From Escherichia coli O127:H6 str. E2348/69 (lineage in GTDB: Bacteria; Pseudomonadota; Gammaproteobacteria; Enterobacterales; Enterobacteriaceae), in assembly GCF_000026545.1 (NCBI RefSeq), contig NC_011601.1: a stretch of 64,000 nt of DNA. One strand, written 5' to 3'. The translations under genes were made by a program, and so were the position numbers. Below, in pieces: positions 54,599 to 64,000 of this stretch. The notes below the pieces were generated by a model that made no database searches, was not told the origin of the DNA, and was given only the letters and a program-made list of their open reading frames with translations. Position 1 is the first letter of the stretch; each line of letters begins with the position of its first letter.

Positions 54599-55987
54599 TT
54601 ATTTTTGGCTGAACTTCCGCCGACCATAAACCAGCCAGGTCAGTAGCACACAAACGATGTAGAAGATTAAAAACACTTTCATCGCGCCCACCGGAGAGCC
54701 GGTCATATTGAGCGACATGCCAAACGCCTGCGGAATAAAAAAGCCGCCCACTGCGCCAATGGCTGAGATAAAGCCCAGAGCGGCTGCCGTTTCGGTGACG
54801 GCTTCTCTTTGAGCTTGCTCATCACTACCGCCTTTCATCTTCACCCGATAAATTGTTATCTGGCGAAAGATGACGGCGATCATCTGGAAAGTAGAACCAC
54901 TTCCCAGACCCGCGGTCAGAAACAGCCCCATAAATACGGCGTAAAATGCGATGAAATTACCGGAGCCTGTGCCCGGTAAGGTAAGGAACAGCAGGGCGCT
55001 GAAAATCGCCATAAAAATGAAGTTGATCAACGTCACCCGCACGCCGCCGAATTTATCGGAAATAGCACCACCAACCGATCGCGCGATGGCACCGATAAAT
55101 GGGCCAAAGAACGCCAGGCGCAGAATATTCACATCCGGGAACTGGGTTTTTGCCAGCATGGCAAAACCCGCAGAAAAACCGATAAACGAACCGAAGGTGG
55201 CAAGATAAAGCAGGCTCAGCAGCCAGAGATGCAGGCGTTGTAAGACAGGGAGCTGGTCGGCAATTGAGGTGCGTGAACTGGCGATATCATTCATCCCTGA
55301 CCAGGCGGCGATCGTGGCAATCGCCAGTAATGGCACCCAAATCCATGCGGCATTCGCCAGCGACATCACCGAACCGTCGGCCTGCGGTACGCCATTGACG
55401 CCGAGAAAGGCAAATACGGGTACAAAAATGACCAGCGGTGCAACCAGCTGCATCACACTTACACCTAAGTTTCCTAATCCGCCATTAATCCCAAGAGCGC
55501 TCCCTTGTTTGGCTTTTGGAAAGAAGAAACTGATATTGCCCATGCTCGAAGCAAAGTTCGCACCTGCAAAACCGCATAGCAAAGCGATAACGATAAATAT
55601 CCCAAAAGGGGTATTCGGATTTTGCACGGCAATTCCGAGCCAGACGCAAGGAATAATCAGGATTGCAGTACTAAAAACCGTCCATCGGCGTCCACCGAAT
55701 ATAGGCACCATAAAGGAGTAGGGGACACGCAATAATGCGCCAGAAACGGAGGGTAATGCGGTTAATAAAAAGAGTTGATCGGTAGTGAAATTAAAACCGA
55801 TTTTATTGAGATTAACAGTAACTGCGCTAAATAGCATCCAGACACAGAAGGCAAGAAGTAGACAACTGACTGATATCCAGAGGTTTCTTCGTGCAATATG
55901 CTTTCCTTTATTTTCCCAGAAGGCCGGATTTTCTGGTTTCCAGTCGCGTAAAAGATAACGACTATTTTTCTCATTTTGCAGTGCCAT
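54599..55987 (-). CDS. narU: nitrate/nitrite transporter NarU
   Basis: 462-aa MFS product from ATG 55987 within ORF 54599..56029. Confidence 0.9.
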   Translation of the reverse strand: MALQNEKNSRYLLRDWKPENPAFWENKGKHIARRNLWISVSCLLLAFCVWMLFSAVTVNLNKIGFNFTTDQLFLLTALPSVSGALLRVPYSFMVPIFGGRRWTVFSTAILIIPCVWLGIAVQNPNTPFGIFIVIALLCGFAGANFASSMGNISFFFPKAKQGSALGINGGLGNLGVSVMQLVAPLVIFVPVFAFLGVNGVPQADGSVMSLANAAWIWVPLLAIATIAAWSGMNDIASSRTSIADQLPVLQRLHLWLLSLLYLATFGSFIGFSAGFAMLAKTQFPDVNILRLAFFGPFIGAIARSVGGAISDKFGGVRVTLINFIFMAIFSALLFLTLPGTGSGNFIAFYAVFMGLFLTAGLGSGSTFQMIAVIFRQITIYRVKMKGGSDEQAQREAVTETAAALGFISAIGAVGGFFIPQAFGMSLNMTGSPVGAMKVFLIFYIVCVLLTWLVYGRRKFSQK

Positions 55988-56265
55988 ATTGTTCCTCACA
56001 TGCACACATTGGTAATGAAAAAAAGACAAAACAGGAGGAGGAGGTAAGGCGCAATAGCCAGTTATTAGAATTAAGGATGAATCAGGTGAAGTGCTGATTA
56101 GAAGAATAGATAAGAAAGCGTAACTGCGGGGGCAGAATGTGGATTAAACAGACAGATATGTGTTACTAAATGTAACTAAAATGGCTTTCTGGTATTTGAA
56201 ATTTATTTTTTAATATTGTCAGAATTTATCTGATTAACTGCCGGGCCGTAGACCCGACAATTATT

Positions 56266-57147
56266 TTAGCCACGACGTGTCGCCAGCCAGCAGAGCAGGG
56301 AACCGCCGCAGACCATTAGCGCGCCTTGCCAGAACGAGAACGACAGCGGGGCGCTGAGCAGCACGGCTGCAAGCGCTGAGGAAAGGACGGGCGTAAAATA
56401 CGAACCTACCGCCATTATGGTGACGTTGCCATGTAATATACCGACATTCCATGCAGCATAAGCAAATCCTAAGGTAAATGCCGCAGAGATGAGTTTAATC
56501 ATGACGGGCGTGCTAAATACCATTTCTGGTTGTGGCGTAAGAAAATAGTAAACCCACAGACTTGCTCCCGTTAGCAGGACAAAAACGGTAATTCCGTTAA
56601 ATCCGCGTGCGTATTTATTCGTTACTGTGCAGTAGGCTGCCCAGATAAACGCCCCAATGAACGCCAGGAAATAACTCAATGGGCTGGTGGTGATATTATT
56701 AATAATTTGATCATAATGTAACCCATTGTCACCGCCTAACACCCAGCAGACGCCGACCAGGGCTAATAATAATCCTGGTACAATCAGCCAGTTGGTTTTC
56801 TGACCATTAAACAGAATGGCAAAGAGAATTGTCAGGCTGGGCCATAGATAGTTCACCATCCCCACTTCAATCGCCTGATGACGGGTCGCCGCATACCCTA
56901 AGGAAAGCGCCAGACAGATTTCATAGCTGACGAATAACAGACTCCCGGCGAGTAAATAGCCTTTCGGGATCTGTCGAATACGCGGAAATCCAACCGTGAA
57001 GATTAACAGCAGCCCGCTTAATGAATAGATAGCAGCTGCGCCGCCGACCGGGCCGAGTCCCTCACTGACACCGCGAATCAATCCTACCATCGTGCTCCAC
57101 AGGACGATCGCTATTAGCCCTATGAGCGTTGCTTTTTGTCGTGTCAT
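56266..57147 (-). CDS. yddG: aromatic amino acid exporter YddG (DMT family)
   Basis: 293-aa membrane product from internal ATG of ORF 56266..57183. Confidence 0.85.
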   Translation of the reverse strand: MTRQKATLIGLIAIVLWSTMVGLIRGVSEGLGPVGGAAAIYSLSGLLLIFTVGFPRIRQIPKGYLLAGSLLFVSYEICLALSLGYAATRHQAIEVGMVNYLWPSLTILFAILFNGQKTNWLIVPGLLLALVGVCWVLGGDNGLHYDQIINNITTSPLSYFLAFIGAFIWAAYCTVTNKYARGFNGITVFVLLTGASLWVYYFLTPQPEMVFSTPVMIKLISAAFTLGFAYAAWNVGILHGNVTIMAVGSYFTPVLSSALAAVLLSAPLSFSFWQGALMVCGGSLLCWLATRRG

Positions 57148-57378
57148 GCTCGCTGTTTTGTCTCTCTTGCCGTTAAAAATCAAGCTGAATTTTATAGCAT
57201 TTTTTTAACTGGTCTGTCAGGCAGTGGGGCGTTTTTCTACCGCTATTGAGGTAGGTCAATTTGCGCAGGCGGATTATTTTGTGGCAAACACGTGTTCTTT
57301 TTGATTTCGCGCAAAAAGATTCAGAATTTTACTGTTAGTTTCCTCGCGCAGTAATACCCCTGAAAAAAGAGGAAAGCA

Positions 57379-60300
57379 ATGGACGTCAGTCGCAGACAAT
57401 TTTTTAAAATCTGCGCGGGCGGTATGGCGGGAACAACAGTAGCGGCATTGGGCTTTGCCCCAAAGCAAGCACTGGCTCAGGCGCGAAACTACAAATTATT
57501 ACGCGCTAAAGAGATCCGTAACACCTGCACATACTGTTCCGTAGGTTGCGGGCTATTGATGTATAGCCTGGGTGATGGCGCGAAAAACGCCAGAGAAGCG
57601 ATTTATCACATTGAAGGTGACCCGGATCATCCGGTAAGCCGTGGTGCGCTGTGCCCGAAAGGGGCCGGTTTGCTGGATTACGTCAACAGCGAAAACCGTC
57701 TGCGCTACCCGGAATATCGTGCGCCAGGTTCTGATAAATGGCAGCGCATTAGCTGGGATGAAGCATTCTCCCGTATTGCGAAGCTGATGAAAGCTGACCG
57801 TGACGCTAACTTTATTGAAAAGAACGAGCAGGGCGTAACGGTAAACCGTTGGCTTTCTACCGGTATGCTGTGTGCCTCCGGTGCCAGCAACGAAACCGGG
57901 ATGCTGACTCAAAAATTTGCCCGCTCCCTCGGGATGCTGGCGGTAGACAACCAGGCGCGCGTCTGACACGGACCAACGGTAGCAAGTCTTGCTCCAACAT
58001 TTGGTCGCGGTGCGATGACCAACCACTGGGTGGATATCAAAAACGCTAACGTCGTAATGGTGATGGGTGGTAACGCTGCGGAAGCGCATCCCGTCGGTTT
58101 CCGCTGGGCGATGGAAGCGAAAAACAACAACGATGCAACCTTGATCGTTGTCGATCCCCGTTTTACGCGTACCGCTTCTGTGGCGGATATTTACGCACCT
58201 ATTCGTTCCGGTACGGACATTACGTTCCTGTCTGGCGTTTTGCGCTACCTGATCGAAAACAACAAAATCAACGCCGAATACGTTAAGCATTACACCAACG
58301 CTAGCCTGCTGGTGCGTGATGATTTTGCTTTCGAAGATGGCCTGTTCAGCGGTTATGACGCTGAAAAACGCCAGTACGATAAATCGTCCTGGAACTATCA
58401 GTTCGATGAAAACGGCTATGCGAAACGCGATGAAACACTGACTCATCCGCGCTGTGTGTGGAACTTGCTGAAAGCGCACGTTTCCCGCTACACGCCGGAC
58501 GTAGTAGAAAACATCTGCGGTACGCCAAAAGCCGACTTCCTGAAAGTGTGTGAAGTGCTGGCCTCCACCAGCGCACCGGATCGCACAACCACCTTCCTGT
58601 ACGCGCTGGGCTGGACGCAGCACACCGTGGGTGCGCAGAACATCCGTACTATGGCGATGATCCAGTTGCTGCTCGGTAACATGGGTATGGCCGGTGGCGG
58701 CGTGAACGCATTGCGTGGTCACTCCAACATTCAGGGCCTGACTGACTTAGGCCTGCTCTCTACCAGCCTGCCAGGTTATCTGACGCTGCCGTCAGAAAAA
58801 CAGGTTGATTTGCAGTCGTATCTGGAAGCGAACACGCCGAAAGCGACGCTGGCTGATCAGGTGAACTACTGGAGCAACTATCCGAAGTTTTTCGTTAGCC
58901 TGATGAAATCTTTCTACGGCGATGCCGCGCAGAAAGAGAACAACTGGGGCTACGACTGGCTGCCGAAGTGGGACCAGACCTACGACGTCATCAAGTATTT
59001 CAACATGATGGATGAAGGTAAAGTCACCGGTTATTTCTGCCAGGGCTTTAACCCGGTTGCGTCCTTCCCGGACAAAAACAAAGTGGTGAGCTGCCTGAGC
59101 AAGCTGAAGTACATGGTGGTTATCGATCCGCTGGTGACTGAAACCTCTACCTTCTGGCAGAACCACGGCGAGTCGAACGATGTCGATCCGGCATCTATTC
59201 AGACTGAAGTATTCCGTCTGCCTTCGACCTGCTTTGCTGAAGAAGATGGTTCTATCGCTAACTCCGGTCGCTGGTTGCAGTGGCACTGGAAAGGTCAGGA
59301 CGCGCCGGGCGAAGCACGTAACGACGGCGAAATTCTGGCGGGTATCTACCATCATCTGCGCGAGCTGTACCAGGCCGAGGGTGGTAAAGGCGTAGAACCG
59401 CTGATGAAGATGAGCTGGAACTACAAGCAGCCGCACGAACCGCAGTCTGACGAAGTGGCGAAAGAGAACAACGGCTATGCGCTGGAAGATCTCTATGACG
59501 CTAATGGCGTGCTGATTGCGAAGAAAGGTCAGTTGCTGAGTAGCTTTGCGCATCTGCGTGATGACGGTACAACCGCATCGTCTTGCTGGATCTACACCGG
59601 TAGCTGGACAGAGCAGGGCAACCAGATGGCTAACCGCGATAACTCCGACCCGTCCGGTCTGGGGAATACGCTGGGATGGGCCTGGGCGTGGCCGCTCAAC
59701 CGTCGCGTACTCTACAATCGTGCTTCGGCGGATATCAACGGTAAACCGTGGGATCCGAAACGGATGCTGATCCAGTGGAACGGTAGCAAGTGGACGGGTA
59801 ACGATATTCCGGACTTCGGCAATGCCGCACCGGGTACGCCAACCGGGCCGTTTATCATGCAGCCGGAAGGGATGGGACGCCTGTTTGCCATCAACAAAAT
59901 GGCGGAAGGTCCGTTCCCGGAACACTACGAGCCAATTGAAACGCCGCTGGGCACTAACCCGTTGCATCCGAACGTGGTGTCTAACCCGGTTGTTCGTCTG
60001 TATGAACAAGACGCGCTGCGGATGGGTAAAAAAGAGCAGTTCCCGTATGTGGGTACGACCTATCGTCTGACGGAGCACTTCCACACCTGGACCAAGCACG
60101 CATTGCTCAACGCAATTGCTCAGCCGGAACAGTTTGTGGAAATCAGCGAAACGCTGGCGGCGGCGAAAGGCATTAATAATGGCGATCGTGTCACTGTCTC
60201 CAGCAAGCGTGGCTTTATCCGCGCGGTGGCTGTGGTAACGCGCCGTCTGAAACCGCTGAATGTAAACGGTCAGCAGGTTGAAACGGTGGGTATTCCAATC

Positions 60301-60426
60301 CACTGGGGCTTTGAGGGTGTCGCGCGTAAAGGTTATATCGCTAACACTCTGACGCCGAATGTCGGTGATGCAAACTCGCAAACGCCGGAATATAAAGCGT
60401 TCTTAATCAACATCGAGAAGGCGTAA
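57379..60426 (+). CDS. fdnG: formate dehydrogenase-N alpha subunit, selenoprotein (in-frame UGA at 57964-57966), Tat signal
   Basis: two same-frame ORFs (57379..57966 and 58015..60426) joined across a single TGA; twin-arginine signal MDVSRRQFFK. Confidence 0.95.
57967..58010 (+). promoter_or_regulatory. candidate SECIS stem-loop directing selenocysteine insertion
   Basis: hairpin ggtagcaagtcttgctcc immediately 3' of the in-frame UGA. Confidence 0.55.
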
Positions 60427-60438
60427 GGGGGCGAACAG

Positions 60439-61323
60439 ATGGCTATGGAAACGCAGGACATTATCAAAAGGTCCGCAACTAACTCCATCACGCCGCCTTC
60501 TCAGGTGCGTGATTACAAAGCAGAAGTCGCGAAACTTATCGACGTTTCCACCTGTATCGGCTGTAAAGCCTGTCAGGTGGCGTGTTCGGAGTGGAACGAC
60601 ATCCGTGATGAAGTGGGGCACTGCGTCGGGGTTTACGATAACCCCGCCGATCTGAGCGCCAAGTCCTGGACGGTGATGCGCTTTAGCGAAACCGAACAGA
60701 ACGGCAAGCTGGAGTGGCTGATCCGTAAAGACGGCTGTATGCACTGTGAAGATCCGGGCTGCCTGAAGGCGTGCCCGTCTGCTGGTGCAATCATTCAGTA
60801 CGCTAACGGGATTGTCGATTTCCAGTCGGAAAATTGCATCGGCTGTGGTTACTGCATTGCCGGGTGTCCGTTTAATATTCCGCGCCTCAACAAAGAGGAT
60901 AACCGGGTATATAAATGCACGCTCTGCGTCGATCGCGTCAGCGTCGGCCAGGAACCGGCTTGTGTGAAAACCTGTCCGACCGGGGCTATCCACTTCGGCA
61001 CCAAGAAGGAGATGCTGGAGCTGGCGGAACAGCGTGTGGCGAAACTGAAAGCGCGTGGTTACGAACATGCTGGCGTCTACAACCCGGAAGGGGTCGGTGG
61101 TACGCACGTTATGTACGTGCTGCATCACGCCGATCAGCCGGAGCTGTATCACGGTCTGCCGAAAGATCCGAAGATCGACACCTCGGTAAGCCTGTGGAAA
61201 GGCGCGTTGAAACCGCTGGCAGCGGCTGGCTTTATTGCCACTTTTGCCGGGTTGATTTTCCACTACATCGGTATTGGCCCGAATAAGGAAGTGGACGATG
61301 ACGAGGAGGGAAATCATGAGTAA
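60439..61323 (+). CDS. fdnH: formate dehydrogenase-N beta subunit (Fe-S)
   Basis: 294-aa ORF with four Cys clusters. Confidence 0.95.
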   Translation: MAMETQDIIKRSATNSITPPSQVRDYKAEVAKLIDVSTCIGCKACQVACSEWNDIRDEVGHCVGVYDNPADLSAKSWTVMRFSETEQNGKLEWLIRKDGCMHCEDPGCLKACPSAGAIIQYANGIVDFQSENCIGCGYCIAGCPFNIPRLNKEDNRVYKCTLCVDRVSVGQEPACVKTCPTGAIHFGTKKEMLELAEQRVAKLKARGYEHAGVYNPEGVGGTHVMYVLHHADQPELYHGLPKDPKIDTSVSLWKGALKPLAAAGFIATFAGLIFHYIGIGPNKEVDDDEEGNHE

Positions 61324-61969
61324 GTCGAAAATGATTGTGCGCACCAAATTTATTGATCGCGCCTGTCACTGGACCGTGGTGATTTGCTTCTTCCTGGTGG
61401 CGCTGTCCGGGATTTCGTTCTTCTTCCCGACGCTGCAATGGCTGACGCAAACCTTCGGTACGCCGCAGATGGGGCGCATTTTGCACCCGTTCTTCGGCAT
61501 TGCGATTTTCGTCGCGCTGATGTTTATGTTTGTGCGTTTTGTGCATCACAACATCCCGGATAAGAAAGATATTCCGTGGCTGTTGAACATTGTCGAAGTA
61601 TTAAAAGGCAATGAGCACAAAGTGGCGGATGTCGGTAAGTACAACGCCGGGCAAAAGATGATGTTCTGGTCAATCATGAGCATGATTTTCGTGCTGCTGG
61701 TGACCGGAGTGATTATCTGGCGTCCGTACTTTGCGCAGTACTTCCCGATACAGGTTGTCCGTTATAGCCTGCTGATCCATGCGGCTGCAGGTATCATCCT
61801 GATCCACGCCATCCTGATCCATATGTATATGGCATTCTGGGTGAAAGGATCGATTAAAGGGATGATCGAAGGGAAGGTGAGCCGTCGCTGGGCGAAGAAA
61901 CACCATCCGCGCTGGTATCGAGAAATCGAGAAGGCAGAAGCGAAAAAAGAGAGTGAAGAAGGGTTATAA
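61316..61969 (+). CDS. fdnI: formate dehydrogenase-N gamma subunit (cytochrome b556)
   Basis: 217-aa product from ATG 61316 overlapping fdnH stop. Confidence 0.9.
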   Translation: MSKSKMIVRTKFIDRACHWTVVICFFLVALSGISFFFPTLQWLTQTFGTPQMGRILHPFFGIAIFVALMFMFVRFVHHNIPDKKDIPWLLNIVEVLKGNEHKVADVGKYNAGQKMMFWSIMSMIFVLLVTGVIIWRPYFAQYFPIQVVRYSLLIHAAAGIILIHAILIHMYMAFWVKGSIKGMIEGKVSRRWAKKHHPRWYREIEKAEAKKESEEGL

Positions 61970-62019
61970 TCTCTTTTGAGCTTTAAGCTGAAAATGGCGC
62001 TGTAAAAGGCGCCATTTTT

Positions 62020-62304
62020 TTATTGCGTAACCAGACGGCGCAGTCGCGACACATCCACCGTTTTTTCCGCCTCTGCCAGACTCCAGGCATTTTGCAGATT
62101 CAGCCACATTTGCGGCGAACTGCCGATCACCACGGACAGTTTTATTGCCATTTCTGGCGTCAAAGCTGCTTTTCCGGTCAGCAATCGGCTTGCCGTTGAG
62201 GGCGCAATTTCCATTGCTCTGGCAAACTCGCGCAGGCTGACATTAAGTTCGTCCAGTGATTCCAGAATAATGTCCCCCGGGCGGGGATGATTGGCCATTT
62301 TCAT
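62020..62304 (-). CDS. yddM: HigA-like XRE-family antitoxin YddM
   Basis: 94-aa HTH ORF; start overlaps stop of upstream toxin-like ORF. Confidence 0.85.
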   Translation of the reverse strand: MKMANHPRPGDIILESLDELNVSLREFARAMEIAPSTASRLLTGKAALTPEMAIKLSVVIGSSPQMWLNLQNAWSLAEAEKTVDVSRLRRLVTQ

Positions 62305-62582
62305 CAGTGATAGTCCTCGTAATCCAGTATGTATGCATCGCCATTGACGAATTCAAATGTGATTCGCCAGTTGCCCGAGACAGATATCGCCCAAATTCCA
62401 TCGCGATCGCCGCTTAACGGATGTAGTCGGTAACCGGGCATATCGATATCAGCAAGACAGCATGCTGCATCAATCACAGCGAGTCGGTGGCGTAATCGTT
62501 TGACTTGCGTCGGTATAACGCCGGAGGTTTTGCCGAGAAGAAACAAGTCACGCAATCCCTTGTGTCTGAAATTCATTATCAT
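62304..62582 (-). CDS. HigB-like (RelE/ParE superfamily) toxin candidate
   Basis: 92-aa ORF ending ...[28 protein letters not shown] stop-start overlap with yddM. Confidence 0.65.
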   Translation of the reverse strand: MIMNFRHKGLRDLFLLGKTSGVIPTQVKRLRHRLAVIDAACCLADIDMPGYRLHPLSGDRDGIWAISVSGNWRITFEFVNGDAYILDYEDYH

Positions 62583-62767
62583 CTCTTCATCCTTGTTCCC
62601 TCGAAAGGAACACTATCACTATTGTTCCGTGCAGCGCAACAAATTTCGCTACGTTTTCGCGAATTGTGAGGGGAAAGATGGGGGAGGAAAAGAAGAAGAG
62701 TGAAATTGCGGAAAGCGTCTCGAAAAACAGGCTGCGACCCGAACATGGCAGTCGCAGCAAAGGCCTC

Positions 62768-63778
62768 TTAGCGGCGGAAATCAATCACCATACGGCCACG
62801 GATTTTGCCTTCTTCCATCTCGGTAAAGATGGTGTTGATGTCCTCTAACGGACGCAGGGCGACTTTCGGCACCACTTTGCCTTCGGCGGCAAACTGGAAG
62901 GCTTCGGTTAGATCCTGACGCGTGCCGACCAGCGAACCGACCACTTCAATACCATCCAGCACCAGCCGTGGGATGTCCAGGCTCATAGACTCCGGCGGCA
63001 GACCGACAGCCACGACACGACCACCTGCACGGACAGCATCCACCGCCGAGTTAAACGCAGCTTTAGCTACCGCTGTCACCACCGCTGCGTGAGCGCCACC
63101 GGCTTTCTCCTGCACAATTCTGGCGGCGTCTTCGGTGCGTGAGTTAATCGCTAAATCTGCACCCATTTCGGTTGCCAGTTTTAACTGTTCATCATTGACA
63201 TCAATGGCGATCACTTTGGCGTTAAAGACATTCTTCGCGTATTGCAGGGCGAGGTTACCCAGACCGCCAAGACCGTAGATAGCAATCCACTGTCCTGGAC
63301 GAATTTTTGACAGCTTAACGGCTTTGTAGGTAGTGACCCCCGCACAGGTAATGCTGCTGGCCGCCGCCGAGTCCAGACCATCTGGCACTTTTACCGCGTA
63401 ATCGGCGACCACGATGCACTCTTCCGCCATCCCGCCATCAACGCTGTATCCGGCATTTTTAACTGAACGGCAGAGCGTTTCGTTACCACTGTTACAGTAT
63501 TCGCAATGACCGCATCCTTCGTAGAACCACGCCACGCTGGCACGATCGCCTGGTTTTAATGAAGTAACACCAGGGCCAACTTCTGCCACCACACCAATAC
63601 CTTCGTGTCCCAGAATCACGCCGGTTTTGTCACCAAAATCGCCATTCTTAACATGAAGATCGGTATGACATACACCACAACACTCCATTTTCAGCAGGGC
63701 TTCGCCATGTTTCAGTGAGCGCAGTGTTTTATCCGTAACGTCAACATGATGATCCTTCGTAACAACTGCAGCCTTCAT
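62768..63778 (-). CDS. adhP: alcohol dehydrogenase AdhP (zinc-dependent)
   Basis: 336-aa product from internal ATG of ORF 62768..63808; GHEGIG and GLGGLG motifs. Confidence 0.9.
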   Translation of the reverse strand: MKAAVVTKDHHVDVTDKTLRSLKHGEALLKMECCGVCHTDLHVKNGDFGDKTGVILGHEGIGVVAEVGPGVTSLKPGDRASVAWFYEGCGHCEYCNSGNETLCRSVKNAGYSVDGGMAEECIVVADYAVKVPDGLDSAAASSITCAGVTTYKAVKLSKIRPGQWIAIYGLGGLGNLALQYAKNVFNAKVIAIDVNDEQLKLATEMGADLAINSRTEDAARIVQEKAGGAHAAVVTAVAKAAFNSAVDAVRAGGRVVAVGLPPESMSLDIPRLVLDGIEVVGSLVGTRQDLTEAFQFAAEGKVVPKVALRPLEDINTIFTEMEEGKIRGRMVIDFRR

Positions 63779-63911
63779 AGTTCCTCCTTTTCGGATGATG
63801 TTCTGCATAGCAGGTGAGGCAAATGAGATTTATTCGCCACTACCCAGTATGGATGAGATCTGAAAAAGGGAGAGGAAAATTGCCCAGTAGCCTTCACTAC
63901 CGGGCGCAGGC

Positions 63912-64000
63912 TTAGATGGAGGTACGGCGGTAGTCGCGGTATTCGGCGTGCCAGAAATTATCATCAATGGCCTGTTGCAGAGCTTCGGCAGACGTTTTCA
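63912..64000 (-). CDS. maeA: NAD-dependent malic enzyme MaeA, 3' end (5' end outside window)
   Basis: minus-strand frame ends ...ALQQAIDDNFWHAEYRDYRRTSI stop. Confidence 0.75.
   Translation of the reverse strand, partial: KTSAEALQQAIDDNFWHAEYRDYRRTSI

Noticed and set aside
51000-54612. Numerous plus-strand ORFs of 60-190 aa across narZ and narY
   Set aside because: All overlap the narZ and narY coding sequences on the opposite strand and show no protein-like features.
57553-60381. Long minus-strand ORFs (389 aa and 529 aa) inside fdnG
   Set aside because: They lie antisense to a strongly supported selenoprotein gene, have no RBS or recognisable domains, and are typical of spurious antisense ORFs in GC-rich coding sequence.

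Overview
The window is an Escherichia coli-type chromosomal segment, syntenic with the K-12 hrpA-aldA ... narZYWV-narU-yddG-fdnGHI-adhP-maeA region. Gene names come from my recollection of K-12 proteins, not from a database search. Most of the window is ordinary core genome: about 50 intact genes with recognisable products, one selenocysteine recoding site in fdnG, and several hairpin terminators and REP repeats. Three accessory regions stand out. (1) 5.5-11.3 kb: a nested insertion-sequence cluster between hokB and a 3' remnant of trg. An IS911-like element is split by an IS110-family element, and an adjacent IS150 is split by an IS50-like (IS4-family) element with a 10-bp direct repeat. The IS110-family element has a ~280-nt 5' non-coding region containing short segments that match both flanks of its own insertion site and its own right end, which is the signature expected of a bridge/guide RNA. 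(2) 39.7-44.7 kb: an AT-rich island upstream of a vgrG-rhs chimera, with a HExxH protein coupled to a lipoprotein gene that is frameshifted at a T7 tract, a frame-broken Rhs tip, a candidate immunity ORF, a SymE-like ORF and an orphan rhs fragment. (3) 62.0-62.6 kb: a HigB-like toxin ORF coupled to the HigA-like yddM. Strain-level differences from K-12 as I recall it: gapC intact, no hicAB between yncJ and ydcR, a curA-mcbR deletion scar, no yncG. No rRNA, tRNA or CRISPR array was found. Coordinates of ORFs follow the supplied ORF track; start codons were adjusted by protein-level recognition and are approximate where stated.
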